DNA of 63,546 bases, counting the filler, from Neolecta irregularis DAH-3 (taxonomy: Eukaryota), in the NCBI GenBank assembly GCA_001929475.1. It is 10 parts of 10 records of this genome, joined end to end, with 100 filler letters (N's around TTAATTAATTAA, not from the genome) between each part and the next. Parts side by side here need not be neighbours in the genome. Positions count along the whole stretch, not along the records: positions 1 to 8,259 come from LXFE01000980.1; positions 8,360 to 12,237 come from LXFE01000981.1; 8 more parts are not named here. One strand, 5' to 3'. Within the stretch, counting starts at the first letter, position 1, and each line of letters begins with the position of its first letter. The position numbers and the translations under genes are program-made. A model generated the notes under the pieces. That model saw only the letters and a program-made list of their open reading frames with translations, did no database searches and had not been told where the DNA came from. Positions 1-12,237 of this stretch are shown piece by piece.

Positions 1-162
1 GAAGGTCAAACTCAGTGGAATCATTTATGAATGTTAACTAGAACCTAGATTTGAAATTTAATTACTATTCGTAGGGGTGGTTTACATAACGTCGAAGCAG
101 GGAACATAAATTTCTTAAAAAGTTATTTGCACATTAAATTCAAATATTAAAGAATAGTAGTA

Positions 163-336
163 CAGTCGAACCTGGCAATAGGGAACCTCTGTAAACCGAA
201 TTCCTCCTTATAACGAACCCAACTGGGTTCCAAAATTAATTAGTATGAGGTATTTTTCTATCATGACAGAACGAACCCAGTTTATAACGAATTCAATACC
301 CCTGAATGCCACATTCATTATCAGCAGGTTCGACTG
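163..336. mobile_element. pogo/Tigger-like MITE (Tc1/mariner superfamily), copy 1
   Basis: Perfect 12-bp TIR CAGTCGAACCTG (163-174) / CAGGTTCGACTG (325-336), flanked by TA on both sides. Internal TTATAACGAA repeats. A diverged second copy lies at 36080-36239. Confidence 0.8.
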
Positions 337-454
337 TATCCAAGTCAAATAGGTCCAACAAGGGTCGGTTGATTGATGGGGATACCTCCCTTAAATTTGT
401 AATAAATGCCCCTCCAACGATGCATTTCTTCTCCTGTCTAATACTTTTTCAACG

Positions 455-2008
455 ATGCATCTATATCCACTCTTCATATTATCCTTCCTTTCTTTGTTCG
501 TTCTAGCGTTTCAACAGCCTTTTCATTATTCAATCCCAAGGGCTTTCCAAAATGAAGAATTTCGTGTATTGTCACATGCATCGTACGAAAAACATAAAAT
601 TCGAGTCAAAAGGACAACGCAAGAATTATGTGATGGAGAGATTGCTAAAGGCTTTTCTGGATATCTCGATATAAGTATGCTCTTGTCTTACCAGGTAGCT
701 TACACCCAGATGACGATAAACACCTTTTTTTCTGGTGGTTTAATTCGCGTTCTCAACCGTCTATCGATCCCGTTGTCATGTGGCTAAATGGAGGACCAGG
801 ATGTTCTTCCCTTGGCACAGGGATGTTGATGGAACTGGGTCCATGTCGAGTCAATTCCGACCTCAAAACTACATATAATCCATATGCGTGGAACAGCAAC
901 GCTTCAATCTTCTTTCTTGATCAACCGGTTGGAGTGGGATTTTCTTATTCAGAATCAAATGATACTATCAACAACACGGAATCCGCCGCCGATGATGTCT
1001 ATGCGTTTCTCAAAATTTGGATCTCAGAAATGAGAGAGTTTGAAGGTAACGATTTTCACATGGCTGGAGAAAGTTATGCAGGCCACTACCTTCCAATTAT
1101 GGCTCAAGAGGTCTACGATCGCGGTGGAATCAATCTCAAAAGCGTAATCATTGGAAATGGAGGGTTCAGTCACTTGGAGTATATGTTCCGCTAGTATTAT
1201 CATTAAACTGATAGTCAATATCCGGCCTATTGGGATGTCACATGTACTAATATCACCGGTATCGGACCTATCTACGACAAAAAAACATGTCAACATATGG
1301 AACTTGGGCTATCAGAATGCACTAGACTTTTACAAGCTTGTGAGGAATACAAGAACAAGGTTATATGCGATGCAGCTATTGGGTTTTGTGAAAAACTCCT
1401 AGCAGAGCCATACAATAAAACCGGCCTTAATCCATACGATAGTAAGTTTCTATTCTACCTTTTACATCTAATAGCTAGTGAGCAAGAAATGTTTTGGCGG
1501 AGACGGTGGTTGTTACCAAATTGGCATTGATATTGCCAAATTCCTCAATCAAGAGTCAATTCGAAAAGCCTTGGGCGTCGAAGAATTCATTGGCCAGTTC
1601 AATGGATGTACAGACTCAGTTACCGCTGCATTCACAAAACATGGAGATGAATATAAACCCACGCCTCCATATATCTCTTATCTCCTCGATCACGGTGTTA
1701 ATGTCTTAATTTATGCTGGTAAATACACATTTACAATTCTCTTTGAGATTCTAGGCACCTATGACTGGATTTGTAACTACATCGGTAATGAGAGATGGAC
1801 ATTGAATTTTGAATGGAGTGGAAAATACGGATTCAGGGCGCAACGTCTTCGTGAATGGACAGTTGACGGAAATGTCGCTGGGTTGACGAGAAAGTATAAA
1901 GGATTGACGTATGTTGAAGTCAGCGGGGCTGGTCATATGGTGCCATATGATAAACCCAAAGAAAACTTGCAGATGCTGAATAGATGGTTGGCAAACGAAG
2001 AAATGTAA
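455..2008 (+). CDS. Serine carboxypeptidase (S10, carboxypeptidase Y-like), 5 exons
   Basis: Signal peptide, WLNGGPGCSS, GESYAG (catalytic Ser), YAGxYDWICN and GAGHMVP motifs. Introns at 675-709, 1179-1214, 1442-1478 and 1719-1754 restore one frame. Confidence 0.93.
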
Positions 2009-2173
2009 AGTTTTCGTAGCAAGACGCTTTAAAAAAACAAGGTTTCTTCTTTTGGAGATAACGTTTTATATATACATTGTAAATTTTTCCGTGAAATGAT
2101 ATGAATGAATTATCTGATGTCCCTCACCTGTTTATTAACAAAGTTACTAGATGGCACGACCAGATATGGTATA

Positions 2174-2281
2174 TAAGCTCAGCGCCGATTTAACCGACAC
2201 CCCCCTAAACTTTATATTGTGTCGGGTTTAGGATATTGTGTCGGGTTTAGGGGGGTGTCGGTTAAATCGGCGCTGAGCTTA
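2174..2281. mobile_element. Short foldback/MITE element with perfect 37-bp inverted arms
   Basis: 2174-2210 TAAGCTCAGCGCCGATTTAACCGACACCCCCCTAAAC is the exact reverse complement of 2245-2281. The terminal TA could be a TSD. ATATTGTGTCGGGTTTAGG occurs twice in tandem across the loop and the start of the right arm. Confidence 0.65.
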
Positions 2282-2361
2282 GTGGAAATAATATGGCCAT
2301 ATCCAAACCGAATTAGTACTGTCGCTATTATATATATTATATGTAGTCTGCTAGTATCCAC

Positions 2362-2452
2362 TCCGAATTAGTACAGTGGCTAGTATATATCGCTTTCAAG
2401 ATATCCGCTTGGTAGCTCCGATGAGACCCGGGTTCAATTCCCGGATTCGGAA
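2362..2452 (+). tRNA. tRNA-Glu(TTC) with 19-nt intron (2399-2417)
   Basis: Cloverleaf: acceptor TCCGAAT/ATTCGGA, anticodon stem TATCG/CGATG, anticodon TTC at 2395-2397, T arm CCGGG-TTCAATT-CCCGG, downstream T-run terminator. Confidence 0.9.
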
Positions 2453-3372
2453 ATTCTTTTTTAATACGTTTGCCGTTTGTCCCTCGCCAATTCATTCATT
2501 CCTTTTCTCCTTTTCACCTGATGAGGAATAGTAAAAAGATCTTTATTTTATCATATACATGAATGTTCAATTGATAGCGCATCAGATCAAACCAAACATC
2601 AATGACTTTATTATTAGAGTTTCTGAAGGAATTGTAGATACAAATATATCTTTAGAAGGCCATCTTGAAATACCCAGACCTGTCCAAGTTTGGTTATGAT
2701 ATAAAATCCTTCGAATAGGTTCACGATTCTAGAAATAGCTATATTTCAGTTTCTTTACAAATTTAAATGTCCTTTATTCCTGAAGAAGGCTATTAAACAC
2801 CAGATCTACCCTTTCTTACTCAGACTCAAATTAATTATGGGTTGTGATAATCTCAATTAGATTAGGTTTTAAATTATTGTTTATTTTTCTTCCTTGACTG
2901 AGACACTGCTGGGCACACTCTTCTATTGCTTGGTTGGGAATCATCACGGTTGTGATAACTGACTCTAATCAGGTCTGAGTGAAGTATCCTTCAACATTAG
3001 TTGCGAGAAAACCTCTTGATATTGGAAAGTTTTATATATTGGAAAATGGGCAATTATTTCCACTTTAAATGACGTTTTACGAGTGAACCGTCGTTATGTA
3101 GTAAAACGGCCTCAAATCTTGTAGTCCCTTGTATCGTTAGCGTAAACCTCTAAGTATTCTCAAATTCACAGTTCGCTGTTCTCAATTCCAACAATGTATT
3201 GCGTTCACAAGATAAGACAATTCTGTCAGATATATATTATATATAACTGTAATACAGTTATGGCTTCTGTCGCCTGCAAACTGCGCACTTTGGGAAATTC
3301 CTACGATACATCCCATATGCTGACATTCCAAAATGACCTCGCAAGTAAGGGACGGTGCGAAAAATTTGGTTA

Positions 3373-3455
3373 TTCCGAAACCGGGAATTGAACCCGGGTC
3401 TTTCCGGCACTTCAGCTTTGAGAGCGGAATATACTAGCCCCTATACTATTTCGGA
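3373..3455 (-). tRNA. tRNA-Glu(CTC) with 11-nt intron (3408-3418)
   Basis: The reverse strand folds as acceptor TCCGAAA/TTTCGGA, anticodon stem TTCCG/CGGAA, anticodon CTC, and the same T arm. The intron is at the canonical 37/38 position. Confidence 0.92.
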
Positions 3456-3957
3456 GGTTTTGAATCTCATTCAAGTTAATCATTATATACTAGCGTTGGA
3501 GGATTTGTAGCAATATACGACAATCTCATCTTGGAAAACGGTATGATTTCCGTAAATTGGCTTGGTTTTCGTGACCCACTTGCAATAATTTTGGCAGTGG
3601 ATGACTTCATTTACAAATCTTGTATTTATTTACAACCATCTGTGAAGTGTGTGGAAAAGAACGTTGAATTATGTAAACATTTCATTGTCCTCAAGAACCA
3701 AGCGATAAGATGAATCAAAATTCTGCTCGTGGACTTTCTAAACTTAACAGTGACTCGATACGTCTCCAAATCCACAGCATCAAACTTGACCACAATGACT
3801 TTCTCGATTCAGTTCAACGTGACAGTAGTAAATGAGAGGAACTACTGAACTCTCACGGAGAAGGTATTTTCCCATTGTTGAAGGTACACAAAAAAGAAGC
3901 CTCGGATCGCGACAAAATGAGTTCTAGGTATGTTGCCCAGATGCAAAAGAAATCTAA

Positions 3958-4758
3958 TCAGTAAGGTTTAAACCTCCTTCGGGTTTTCATTTCTGCGACC
4001 TTTTTTTTATCTTCTTCAAACCGCTTTCGAATCTCCAAAGACTTGTTCTTCTTCTCCTCTCTTGTCTGAAACCGGTAAAAGTCTTTTAGCTCCCCTTTAC
4101 CTTTCGCCTTCTCCTTCGCAAGTTCTGCTTCTTCCATTCTGACTGCTCCCATCTTGGCACCTCGAACAACAGTGATGAAACCATCTTCATCAGGGAAGTT
4201 CCGACTTTTACGTAATGCGATAGCTGTTGAGCTTTCTTGGTTATTGAAACTAGACATGTAATTATCCACCATCTGTTGAAGATCTGTGTGTGACGGCCGT
4301 GATAATATATGAAGTCGCCTATATCTTTCCACCCCCAAACTTGGAACTTTGAGTCCTTCATCCCACTTCTTGATGGACTTTCTTCCCTTCTTGATATTTG
4401 ACAACGCAACGTCGAGTCCCTCTGAATCGAGAAATGTAATATGTGCTGAACTACCAGATTTGTGAAGTTCGCGGTCGCAAGTTTCTGCTAAGACACTTTT
4501 CTCCTTTTCGTCACAGAATTTCACAGATTCCACCCTGGCTCCATAAAACGAGAAAAGGGCGCGGAAATGTTGTTGCGTGGAAGAAATAGGAACATTTACG
4601 ACGAATAAAGTGCGACTGTTGGTTTCGCTCTCGAGACGATCTTGATGCCGACGAAGATAGAGATAATGAATTGGTGGTTCCTTCAGAAATGATTGCTTGG
4701 GAAGAAAGACCGGTAGGATCAAGTATCCATTTATTGATTCGGGAATTGTGGAGTTCAT
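3958..4758 (-). CDS. RRP7: Ribosomal RNA-processing protein 7
   Basis: N-terminal HYLYLRRH and RTLFVVNVP RRM-like segment; C-terminal PDEDGFITV, DFYRFQTRE and RRFKPY. Single exon. Confidence 0.93.
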   Translation of the reverse strand: MNSTIPESINGYLILPVFLPKQSFLKEPPIHYLYLRRHQDRLESETNSRTLFVVNVPISSTQQHFRALFSFYGARVESVKFCDEKEKSVLAETCDRELHKSGSSAHITFLDSEGLDVALSNIKKGRKSIKKWDEGLKVPSLGVERYRRLHILSRPSHTDLQQMVDNYMSSFNNQESSTAIALRKSRNFPDEDGFITVVRGAKMGAVRMEEAELAKEKAKGKGELKDFYRFQTREEKKNKSLEIRKRFEEDKKKVAEMKTRRRFKPY

Positions 4759-4780
4759 TGCAGCTTTGTTGTCTCGCAGC

Positions 4781-4789
4781 GAAAATTTT
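4781..4789. promoter_or_regulatory. RRPE-like element upstream of RRP7
   Basis: GAAAATTTT about 23 bp upstream of the RRP7 ATG resembles the fungal ribosome-biogenesis RRPE motif. Confidence 0.35.
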
Positions 4790-6052
4790 GTCCGGTAAAG
4801 TCGGGTCGCATTAGGTGGAAACGCGGAAGTTGACGGAGGTCTATACTATGCTAGAAACCCCCTAAAGATTGCTCCAAAAGTTTACATAAATGCAACTCAA
4901 AATATAGCTTTCTGCGAAGATACCTTTATTTCTGTGAAAAATCAATATGAGATGCCTACAAGATATTGGCATATAATCTTTATTTGGTCGCTGTACTGCC
5001 ATCTCGTCAATTTTAAGTTCCGTGTAGGGAAACTTTAATTCTCTGTATAAATGATTTCCAATATCATTTACATATGTTCCAACTACCAGTCAAATTAACT
5101 TCTGACCCTGAACTCTCCCTTTTAATTCAACGCTTCTGAGAGTGAATACATAGCACTTTAATTGGCCTGCGGTAATCTGAATAAATTATACAAGGGCTGG
5201 TATCAAGATCTTCTTCTGGCGCGAGACCTGGGCGCGGACATTTGCCCATATACTCCAGCAGGACACGTAATCGAGATATCCCCTTCTACGAAAATCTCAC
5301 CATTACCCGAATAGGTATATCCCGGGAGCTAAGAGGAAAGACAAAGATGGTCGGGATACATTCATGGCATAACCGACCTTCTATCATGGTTTCCTGTCTG
5401 AGAGGGTTTCTATACGAGGAGGGAAATCAGCTTTCTGATTGCGCCATATTGCTTAGGCGCGAAAGGAACGGCAATTTGACAAAAGTAGCTCCCCTCATTA
5501 ACATCTTCTAAGAGATACCATTTTCATTTGAATAACTTGGAATAGTGAAGACAGCACATCACACCTAGTGCTTCTTGTGTTGCTCGTGGAAATCGGGTCA
5601 GAATACCGGGTGATTTCGGCAGATGAAACATTAATTAACGATAGAGATGAGTAGGCATCAGCAGTCGCAAGCTCTCTGGGCGCTGAAGCCTAATCGAATA
5701 AAGTTCTATTAGCTACCAAGAAATATATCGAGTTGTTCCAAACAAACCGGAATATGGTGGAAGCTAGTCTGTCTGTAGTTATCTTTGGCGTCGGAATAAA
5801 TTGTGATTTGTGAAGTGGCGTATGACTCGACCCCTCGTCACCTCCTTCTTCTATGAGTCCAGTTTTCTTTGTGGCCTTGCCTCAGCGGCTTTTCTTATAG
5901 GAGTAGTGAGACAACCACCAGAAAGCTTTTGCTCTCAAACCCTTTTCCGTTTTTCTTCATACACATAATAGTGCCCTAACTATCAACTATCACTTGCACC
6001 GGATACGTGTATTCGTTGCCAACAGTAACTGGAAGAAAGGTCTTTTCGGATT

Positions 6053-6928
6053 ATGACGCCACGGCGCTACTTGTCGAAATCACCGTCTTTTGAGAACAGA
6101 GATTCACCGTTTGACAGCACCCAGAATATTGTTGAAACACCACCCACCCCGGCTTCTTCTACCCCTTCAAGGAAACACTCCAACAACATACAGAGAGACC
6201 AAAATATTACACACAAAGATGTCTTGGAAGTTGCTTGCCTCCAAAATACGCCAATACCTTCGCCGGTCTTCACCTCCCAGTTAACTTCGCATAGTTTCGA
6301 GGTCTTAGTCGGTAGCGACTCCCCCACCTTCTCCACAATCAGCTTATCTCTAGAAATCTCCAAAATTCTCATCGAGCTCCGCTTTCCGGACTCAGTGCAT
6401 CCAAGACATCCCTCAACGATACCTCTTAGTCATTTCATCCTCGAAACTATCCGTCGATCACGGTCTTCAAAACCAGTTCTCTTAGTTGCTCTTCTCCTTC
6501 TTACTAAATCTATAACCCCATCAGCACTCTGCGGCCGTCGAGAATTCCTAGCTTCGCTTCTCGTATCTTCGAAATTTCTCAATGACAAAAACTACTCGAA
6601 TTCGGCCTGGAGTAAAATCTCTGGCCTTTCAATCTCTGAAATCAACCGTCTCGAACTCAATTTTTGTGAATCCTTAGACTGGAAAATCTTCGTCAGGGCA
6701 GAAGAATATGAGCTCTGGCAGGACGTCTTCTTGAAATTTTCAGAGACGAAACAGAAAAATGAATTTACGAGATGGGTTAGAATTGTTCGGCGAGCCGCGC
6801 ATCGTGCTGCGAGGGTTAATGCTGCTCTTTCTGTTTCTGCCAACCGTATGTTTACATGTGCTAATGGGTTGAAAAGAAAGCGTGAAGATGACTTGATTGG
6901 CTGGGCAAAAATCATCAAGGTTGCATAG
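6053..6928 (+). CDS. Pho85-type (Pcl5/Pas1-like) cyclin
   Basis: Cyclin box ETIRRSRSS...CGRREFLASLLVSSKFLNDKNYSNSAWSKISGLSISEINRLELNFCESLDWKIFV. Confidence 0.85.
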   Translation: MTPRRYLSKSPSFENRDSPFDSTQNIVETPPTPASSTPSRKHSNNIQRDQNITHKDVLEVACLQNTPIPSPVFTSQLTSHSFEVLVGSDSPTFSTISLSLEISKILIELRFPDSVHPRHPSTIPLSHFILETIRRSRSSKPVLLVALLLLTKSITPSALCGRREFLASLLVSSKFLNDKNYSNSAWSKISGLSISEINRLELNFCESLDWKIFVRAEEYELWQDVFLKFSETKQKNEFTRWVRIVRRAAHRAARVNAALSVSANRMFTCANGLKRKREDDLIGWAKIIKVA

Positions 6929-7330
6929 TCAGTAGTTATGTGTAGTGAGTGTTGCCTATTTTCAGAGGAGTTTTGCTCATCGGAATATACTTTGTTATTA
7001 CATTGTCTTCATCCAACAAATTCAGAGTATCTACCTTGATGACAGTTATGGAGTTATAATATTCACAAAGGTATCCAAGCAATCTGATAGCTCGCGTTAA
7101 AAAACTGTTTCCCATAACAATATTATATTGCCTTTCATGACTTTTATTGGTATGAAGTCCATCAAAGCTCATTCAAAAAGCTAGTGTTCGTGAGATTCTT
7201 GGAAGTGACCTTAATGATATTAGGATCACGATCAAGAACTTAATATGCAGGAATTTGCGCTCTAGTATCCAAATGGTTTAATATCTAATGTAATTAAATT
7301 AAACGTTTACAATCTGAACTTTGGTACCAG

Positions 7331-7591
7331 TTACGTCAGGGGTTCATTGTGTTCGATTGCGAAGGAACTCTGGAAATAAGAGAAACAAGGAAATCACACG
7401 AAGCCGAATAAGGACTTCAGGCAGTATGGATAAAGCTCGCCTATTGAAATTATTAAAAGAATTTTCCTTATATTGAATATATTTGCATCCTTATGTTAAC
7501 AAAGAAAGTCAGGTTCTTCCATGACGGGATGACGTAGTTGATCTCTGACATTTTGACTGACCGTTGTTATGACGTAAGGTTGACTATATAA
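7331..7591 (+). promoter_or_regulatory. Cluster of CRE/ATF sites plus TATA box upstream of LEA-like gene
   Basis: TTACGTCA (7331), ATGACGTA (7529), ATGACGTAA (7569) and TATATAA (7585-7591), about 50 bp before ATG 7640. Confidence 0.55.
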
Positions 7592-7639
7592 CACTTCCTC
7601 TTCCACGTGCATTAGGCAATTGCACATATCCAGTTAACT

Positions 7640-8161
7640 ATGTCGATTATCTTCAGATACTGTCGTGTTATTCTGCTTCAATCCTCTCTCCCTTTGCGGA
7701 CACTCACGACATCAAAATCCCATCACAAATCCATTGTCGATTCGGTAAAAGATTCTATTAAGGACGCAGCCAAGACCGTTGATAGTAATAACTTGCTTTA
7801 GATATGTGTTGACAGTTGAGAAAGAATTTCTAAAGGAGCAGTTAAGGGTTTCGAAGAGCTAGAAATAGCAACTGAAAAGGCTCATGAACTAGGCAGGGTT
7901 CTAGTCAAGGACGGCTTGAAAGCAAACCATGAAAGCAAGGGCAAAGCGCAAACACACGTCCAGAACGCATCAGAGAAAGTGAAGGGTGCCATGCACCAGG
8001 CCAAAGGCAAGGTTGAGGCGCATTCAAATACTGCATCCGATAGTATGAAGGGAACTGTGCATGATACTATGGAAAAGATCGGGAACGCAGCAGAAAAGGT
8101 GAAACACGCCGCGAAAAATGTTGATCAAGATGTCCGGGGGAAAGCAAAGAAAGCCAACTAG
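7640..8161 (+). CDS. LEA-domain-like protein with predicted mitochondrial presequence, 2 exons
   Basis: MSIIFRYCRVILLQSSLPLRTLTTSK presequence, then K/A/E-rich amphipathic repeats (ASEKVKGAMHQAKGKVE). Intron 7785-7820 (GT...GAG) joins it to the 7916 ORF frame. Confidence 0.7.
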
Positions 8162-8359
8162 CAGGTAAACAAGGTCCTAGATTAGCTACAGTTAGTGTAA
8201 GTGTTGAAGCTCGAGTTCGAATAAGACCAGGTTTATTATACTAGCCTGAGTGACTGAACNNNNNNNNNNNNNNNNNNNNNNNNNNNNNNNNNNNNNNNNN
8301 NNNTTAATTAATTAANNNNNNNNNNNNNNNNNNNNNNNNNNNNNNNNNNNNNNNNNNNN

Positions 8360-8424
8360 CGCCTACAAGCTTAGATTAAGGAAATATAACCTGATCTTAT
8401 TGTACCCGAGCTCCAACACTTACA
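8360..8424 (+). mobile_element. LTR 3'-end remnant (family shared with 15088-15363, 15709-15892, 18222-18480, ~33430-33532)
   Basis: CTTAGATTAAGGAAATATAACCTGATCTTATTGTA...CACTTACA matches the other copies and ends in ACA. Confidence 0.5.
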
Positions 8425-8865
8425 GCCCTGCACTACCTCGACCTGTCTCTGCTCGCTGCCGAGACAGGTGCCGCCTGCCCTTACCGCCCTGCAAGCAGCG
8501 CATGGTAAGTCGATGCAACAAGAAGAACTGTCTGGGTATAAAGGCATGTTGGATTGAGATTGGCAATATTGAACAGTCGCACATTCAGGTTGCTGTGCAG
8601 CAGCTGTGAAGTACGGAGCAGTGCCTTTGCGTGGACCAGTGACCCCCGGCAGTTGATCAGTCCCACGCAGGTCCTGAAGGCTGCCACAGCTGGTCGTGGG
8701 CTATGAAATACATTGTACACTATTATACATATCGACAAATAGTATAGAGTATGGGCCAGTCCATGGGCTGGGCCGGACCCTCAGAAAAGTACATTGGTTT
8801 TGGCCCGTCCACAACACTGATTATATGTTACTTGCTATTCTGTAAAATGTCAAGTTGTACTCGTT

Positions 8866-11800
8866 CTACCTCCACAGCTGATACCACCGTTGTTCGCTTT
8901 CCTCTTCCCCTTCTTCGGCAACCTTCCAGTCCTGAAGAACATTCAAGAAGATCTGCTCAAGCTCGATGGGCTTCAACGAATAATGTTTTATATTGAGAGC
9001 TGCTTTCTGCTCCTCCAAACCTTTGATTAACCCGACGATATAGGAGGAATTTTCTGGTTGGGGAATTTGTAGCTTTATATTTCGATCCAGTGATTCGTCG
9101 ATCACAATCATCTGTGGATATTTTGACACAAGAAAGTCGTAGGTAGCTCTCGTTGAAGAGGTCATCACATCAACTTGTATGCTTTGTCCAAACCCAGAAC
9201 GAAGATTGTCGATAGTACCAATAGCAAGCAGACGCTTAGCGAGAATGGAAACTCTGTTCGAGAGTTCGACAGCTTCGGTCATATCGTGAGTCGTCAGAAG
9301 TACAGCCCGCCCAGCCGCGAGAGAAGGGAATACCTTCCAGATAATACGTTTGGCCATTGGATCAAGACCGCAGCTAGGTTCATCGAGAAGTAGAATTGAG
9401 GGGTTTCCTGAAATGTAAGCATCGAAATTAACAACATCACTTCATACCCAATAACGCAATAGCTAGACTCAACTTTCTGGCGTTTCCACCTGATAATATC
9501 GCGCAGCTTCTTTCGGAAAATTGTGCAAGCCCAATGACGCGCATTACGGTCTCGATATTTTGATGTCGCTGGCTTTTTGGAATTCCTTTGATGTCCGCAT
9601 AGAATTGTAATTGCTGGCGTACGGTCAAATTTTCCTATAAAAGTAAATGATGTGGAATCACAAAACCAAACCTGTGCATCAAACTGCGGACAAACACCGA
9701 GATGCCATCTAGCCTGACCTCGATTCAGAGTGATAGAATCACCTTGGACAAGAATGTCTCCGTGGTCAGATTTGACGACGCCTCCGATTTGTTCAAGGAT
9801 GGTTGTTTTTCCCGCCGAATTCGGGCCACAAATGACTAAGCATTCGCCTTGCTGAACACCAAAGGTAACGTTATCGACAGCCTTTAACTTCCCAAAAGAC
9901 TTAGAAAGTTGTATGACTTGAAGAGCATCATCTGAGCCACCCAGCAGTCGAATTTCTTCGGCATCAAAATTCTTGCTTATAATTGACTTCTCATGATCTG
10001 GGGTTTGTTGTCTTCTACGAGAAAAGTGAAATGAACTGACATCGTTCCATACGAGAAAAATGAAGTAAACAACAGACTGAACAATCAAATAAAAGAAACA
10101 ACTCCCATATAAGCGCCAATCTCCACCAAAGTTTGATGGTAAATCATCCTCATTGACACAGCGTGCTTGAAATCCGTTGATAGCAACATAAAAAGCACGA
10201 ACACACGGAATCACAGGATGAAGCCAGCCGAGAGTGTAGAAGAACAAATTAAGGTTTCTTTTCTTCATGAAAGGGTCGGTATAGGTGATAATTAAAAGGT
10301 TACCACCGAGGAATATCACAAAAAAGAACAGTAACAGGGCCGCACTTAACGCAAATGCAGAAAGCTGACTCCTTGACTTCAAGGATAGAATATAGCCCAG
10401 CAATGTTGCCGCAATACTAAAGAATATGAGAACGAGAGAAAAAGTAACAGGGCCGAAAAGGGAGAGTTTTCCGAGTTTTATTCCACCATAGAGCAAGACT
10501 CCAATTAAAGTGCTTATAATGATCATAAGCGGAATTTCATATAATAGGTGTCCCGCCCAAACAGCCAAAGGGCTCATTTGATTAGAGTACTGCAGCGATC
10601 GAACGTTTCGAGTCTTTTCGTATGTCGGATATAAAACCGGAAAGGACACCCACACGGCGCTTGCGAGCATCAAAAATCCAAGAAATGCGATCCAAGAAAA
10701 GTCGGCATCAGGAACATCGAGGGTCACATGACTAAAGGGTAGGTTCCCATAGCCTGTCTGGAGCCGTAGGCCCTTGTAGCCTACGATTTGACTGAACCGG
10801 ATATTGTTGACCATATTCAATAAACTACTCACCCGGGTGATGTCTGCGCTTAAGGGCCATGCCACTATAGTTCTCGCTGGGGAACAAAAAATACCGCCAT
10901 TCATGTAGTCTGTAATATACTCGTTTTCGTCATTTCGATTTTGCAAGTGAACAAATGTCTCTCGCATTTTCTCAGGTGTGGAAGCAATCGTCAGATCTGT
11001 TAAATTCAAAGTTGTGGAGGAAAGAATATTCTTGTCTGGACCAACACAAAGCGGATCACGCTCATAAATCTCTCTGTGGTGAAACTCCTGCCCAGGCATA
11101 ACATATCGGTGTACCACGTCGCACGGAGTACTAAGTCGTTTACCGATCCAGGGCAAAGAAAACCAAACGGTGACACCCACCAAAACAATCGTCAGAATAG
11201 GGATAAGAAAGTAATGACGTCGAGTAATGAGAAATCGCTTTTTGGCCTGAGCGAGAGCCTGAAAAAAACTTCCGATTCGACGTCCACTTGACAAGTTTAC
11301 CTTCTCTTCAGTTTCCTCGTTGTCTGCGTTTGCTGCATCCATTTCCTCCTTGGCAAGTTTTAGGAATACTTCTTCTAAAGTTGGCCCTTCAACGGAAACA
11401 TTTTGTTCCTCTAAACCATCGAGTATCTCCGTAACGGCAATGGGATCTTTAGCGAAGTATTGTTTGTCTTTCACGCACACGGTATACCCGTTTCCGAATT
11501 TGTTCTTCAATTCCAAAGGTTCGCCGAAACACTTGATGACTCCATTCGACATGACCGCGATCCAATCGCCGAGAAGATCTGCTTCTTCGAGGTAATGAGT
11601 CGTCTGTATGAATGTGCGTTTCCCCCGATTTGCGAGGAGGATTTTCCAAATCTTTCGACGCGATAAAGGATCGAGACCGCTCGAAACTTCATCGAGACAA
11701 CAGACTATTGACCATTAAAAGATGAACAGGGAAGGCATACTAGTAGAACCGCCGACAAGGGATACAAGAAGCTGCAGCCGTCGTTTCATTCCACCAGACA

Positions 11801-12237
11801 AATCTTTTGTTTGAGAATTTTGTTTGAGAGTCAGATCGCATTCATATAGTAAGGCGGACAAATCCTCATGGTTGGAACTCTTGATTCGACGCCATATATC
11901 CGCATGTTGTCGCGGTGTCAACTCGTCCCATAAAATGTTCTTCTGAGGACATAACGAAACGGTTCCAGGTGGCAGTTCCCAACGCTTTCGACCACATATC
12001 TTCATCGTACCTTTCGGAGCACGTATTAGACCCGTAAGACAATTCAATGTCGTTGATTTTCCAGAGCCGTTGGATCCGACAAGACAGACTATTGAACCGA
12101 GGGGTATGGATAGGGAAATATTGTTGACAGCAGTGACTTCCTTTCTATTGAAACATGTTGAAGAAGAATACGTTTTAGTAAGATTCTCAATTGATACCGC
12201 AGGAGCGGATTTATCGGGGGGTTTCGACCGACGAAAT
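8866..12237 (-). CDS. ABCA-subfamily ABC transporter, 5' part lost in gap
   Basis: Two NBDs (GSNGSGKSTT, LSGGMKRRL, LDEVSSGLDP; GPNSAGKTT, LSGGNARKLSLAIAL, LLTTHDMTEA), GEPLELKNKFGNGY regulatory motif, TM domain, and short introns. Confidence 0.9.

Noticed and set aside
2830-2990. Two GGTTGTGATAA motifs between the tRNA genes, possibly LTR starts
   Set aside because: Too short, with no matching LTR end or TSD identified.
8745-8819. Possible hAT-type mini-element (TAGAGTATGGGCC...GGCCCGTCCACAACACTG)
   Set aside because: The terminal inverted match is weak and there is no 8-bp TSD.
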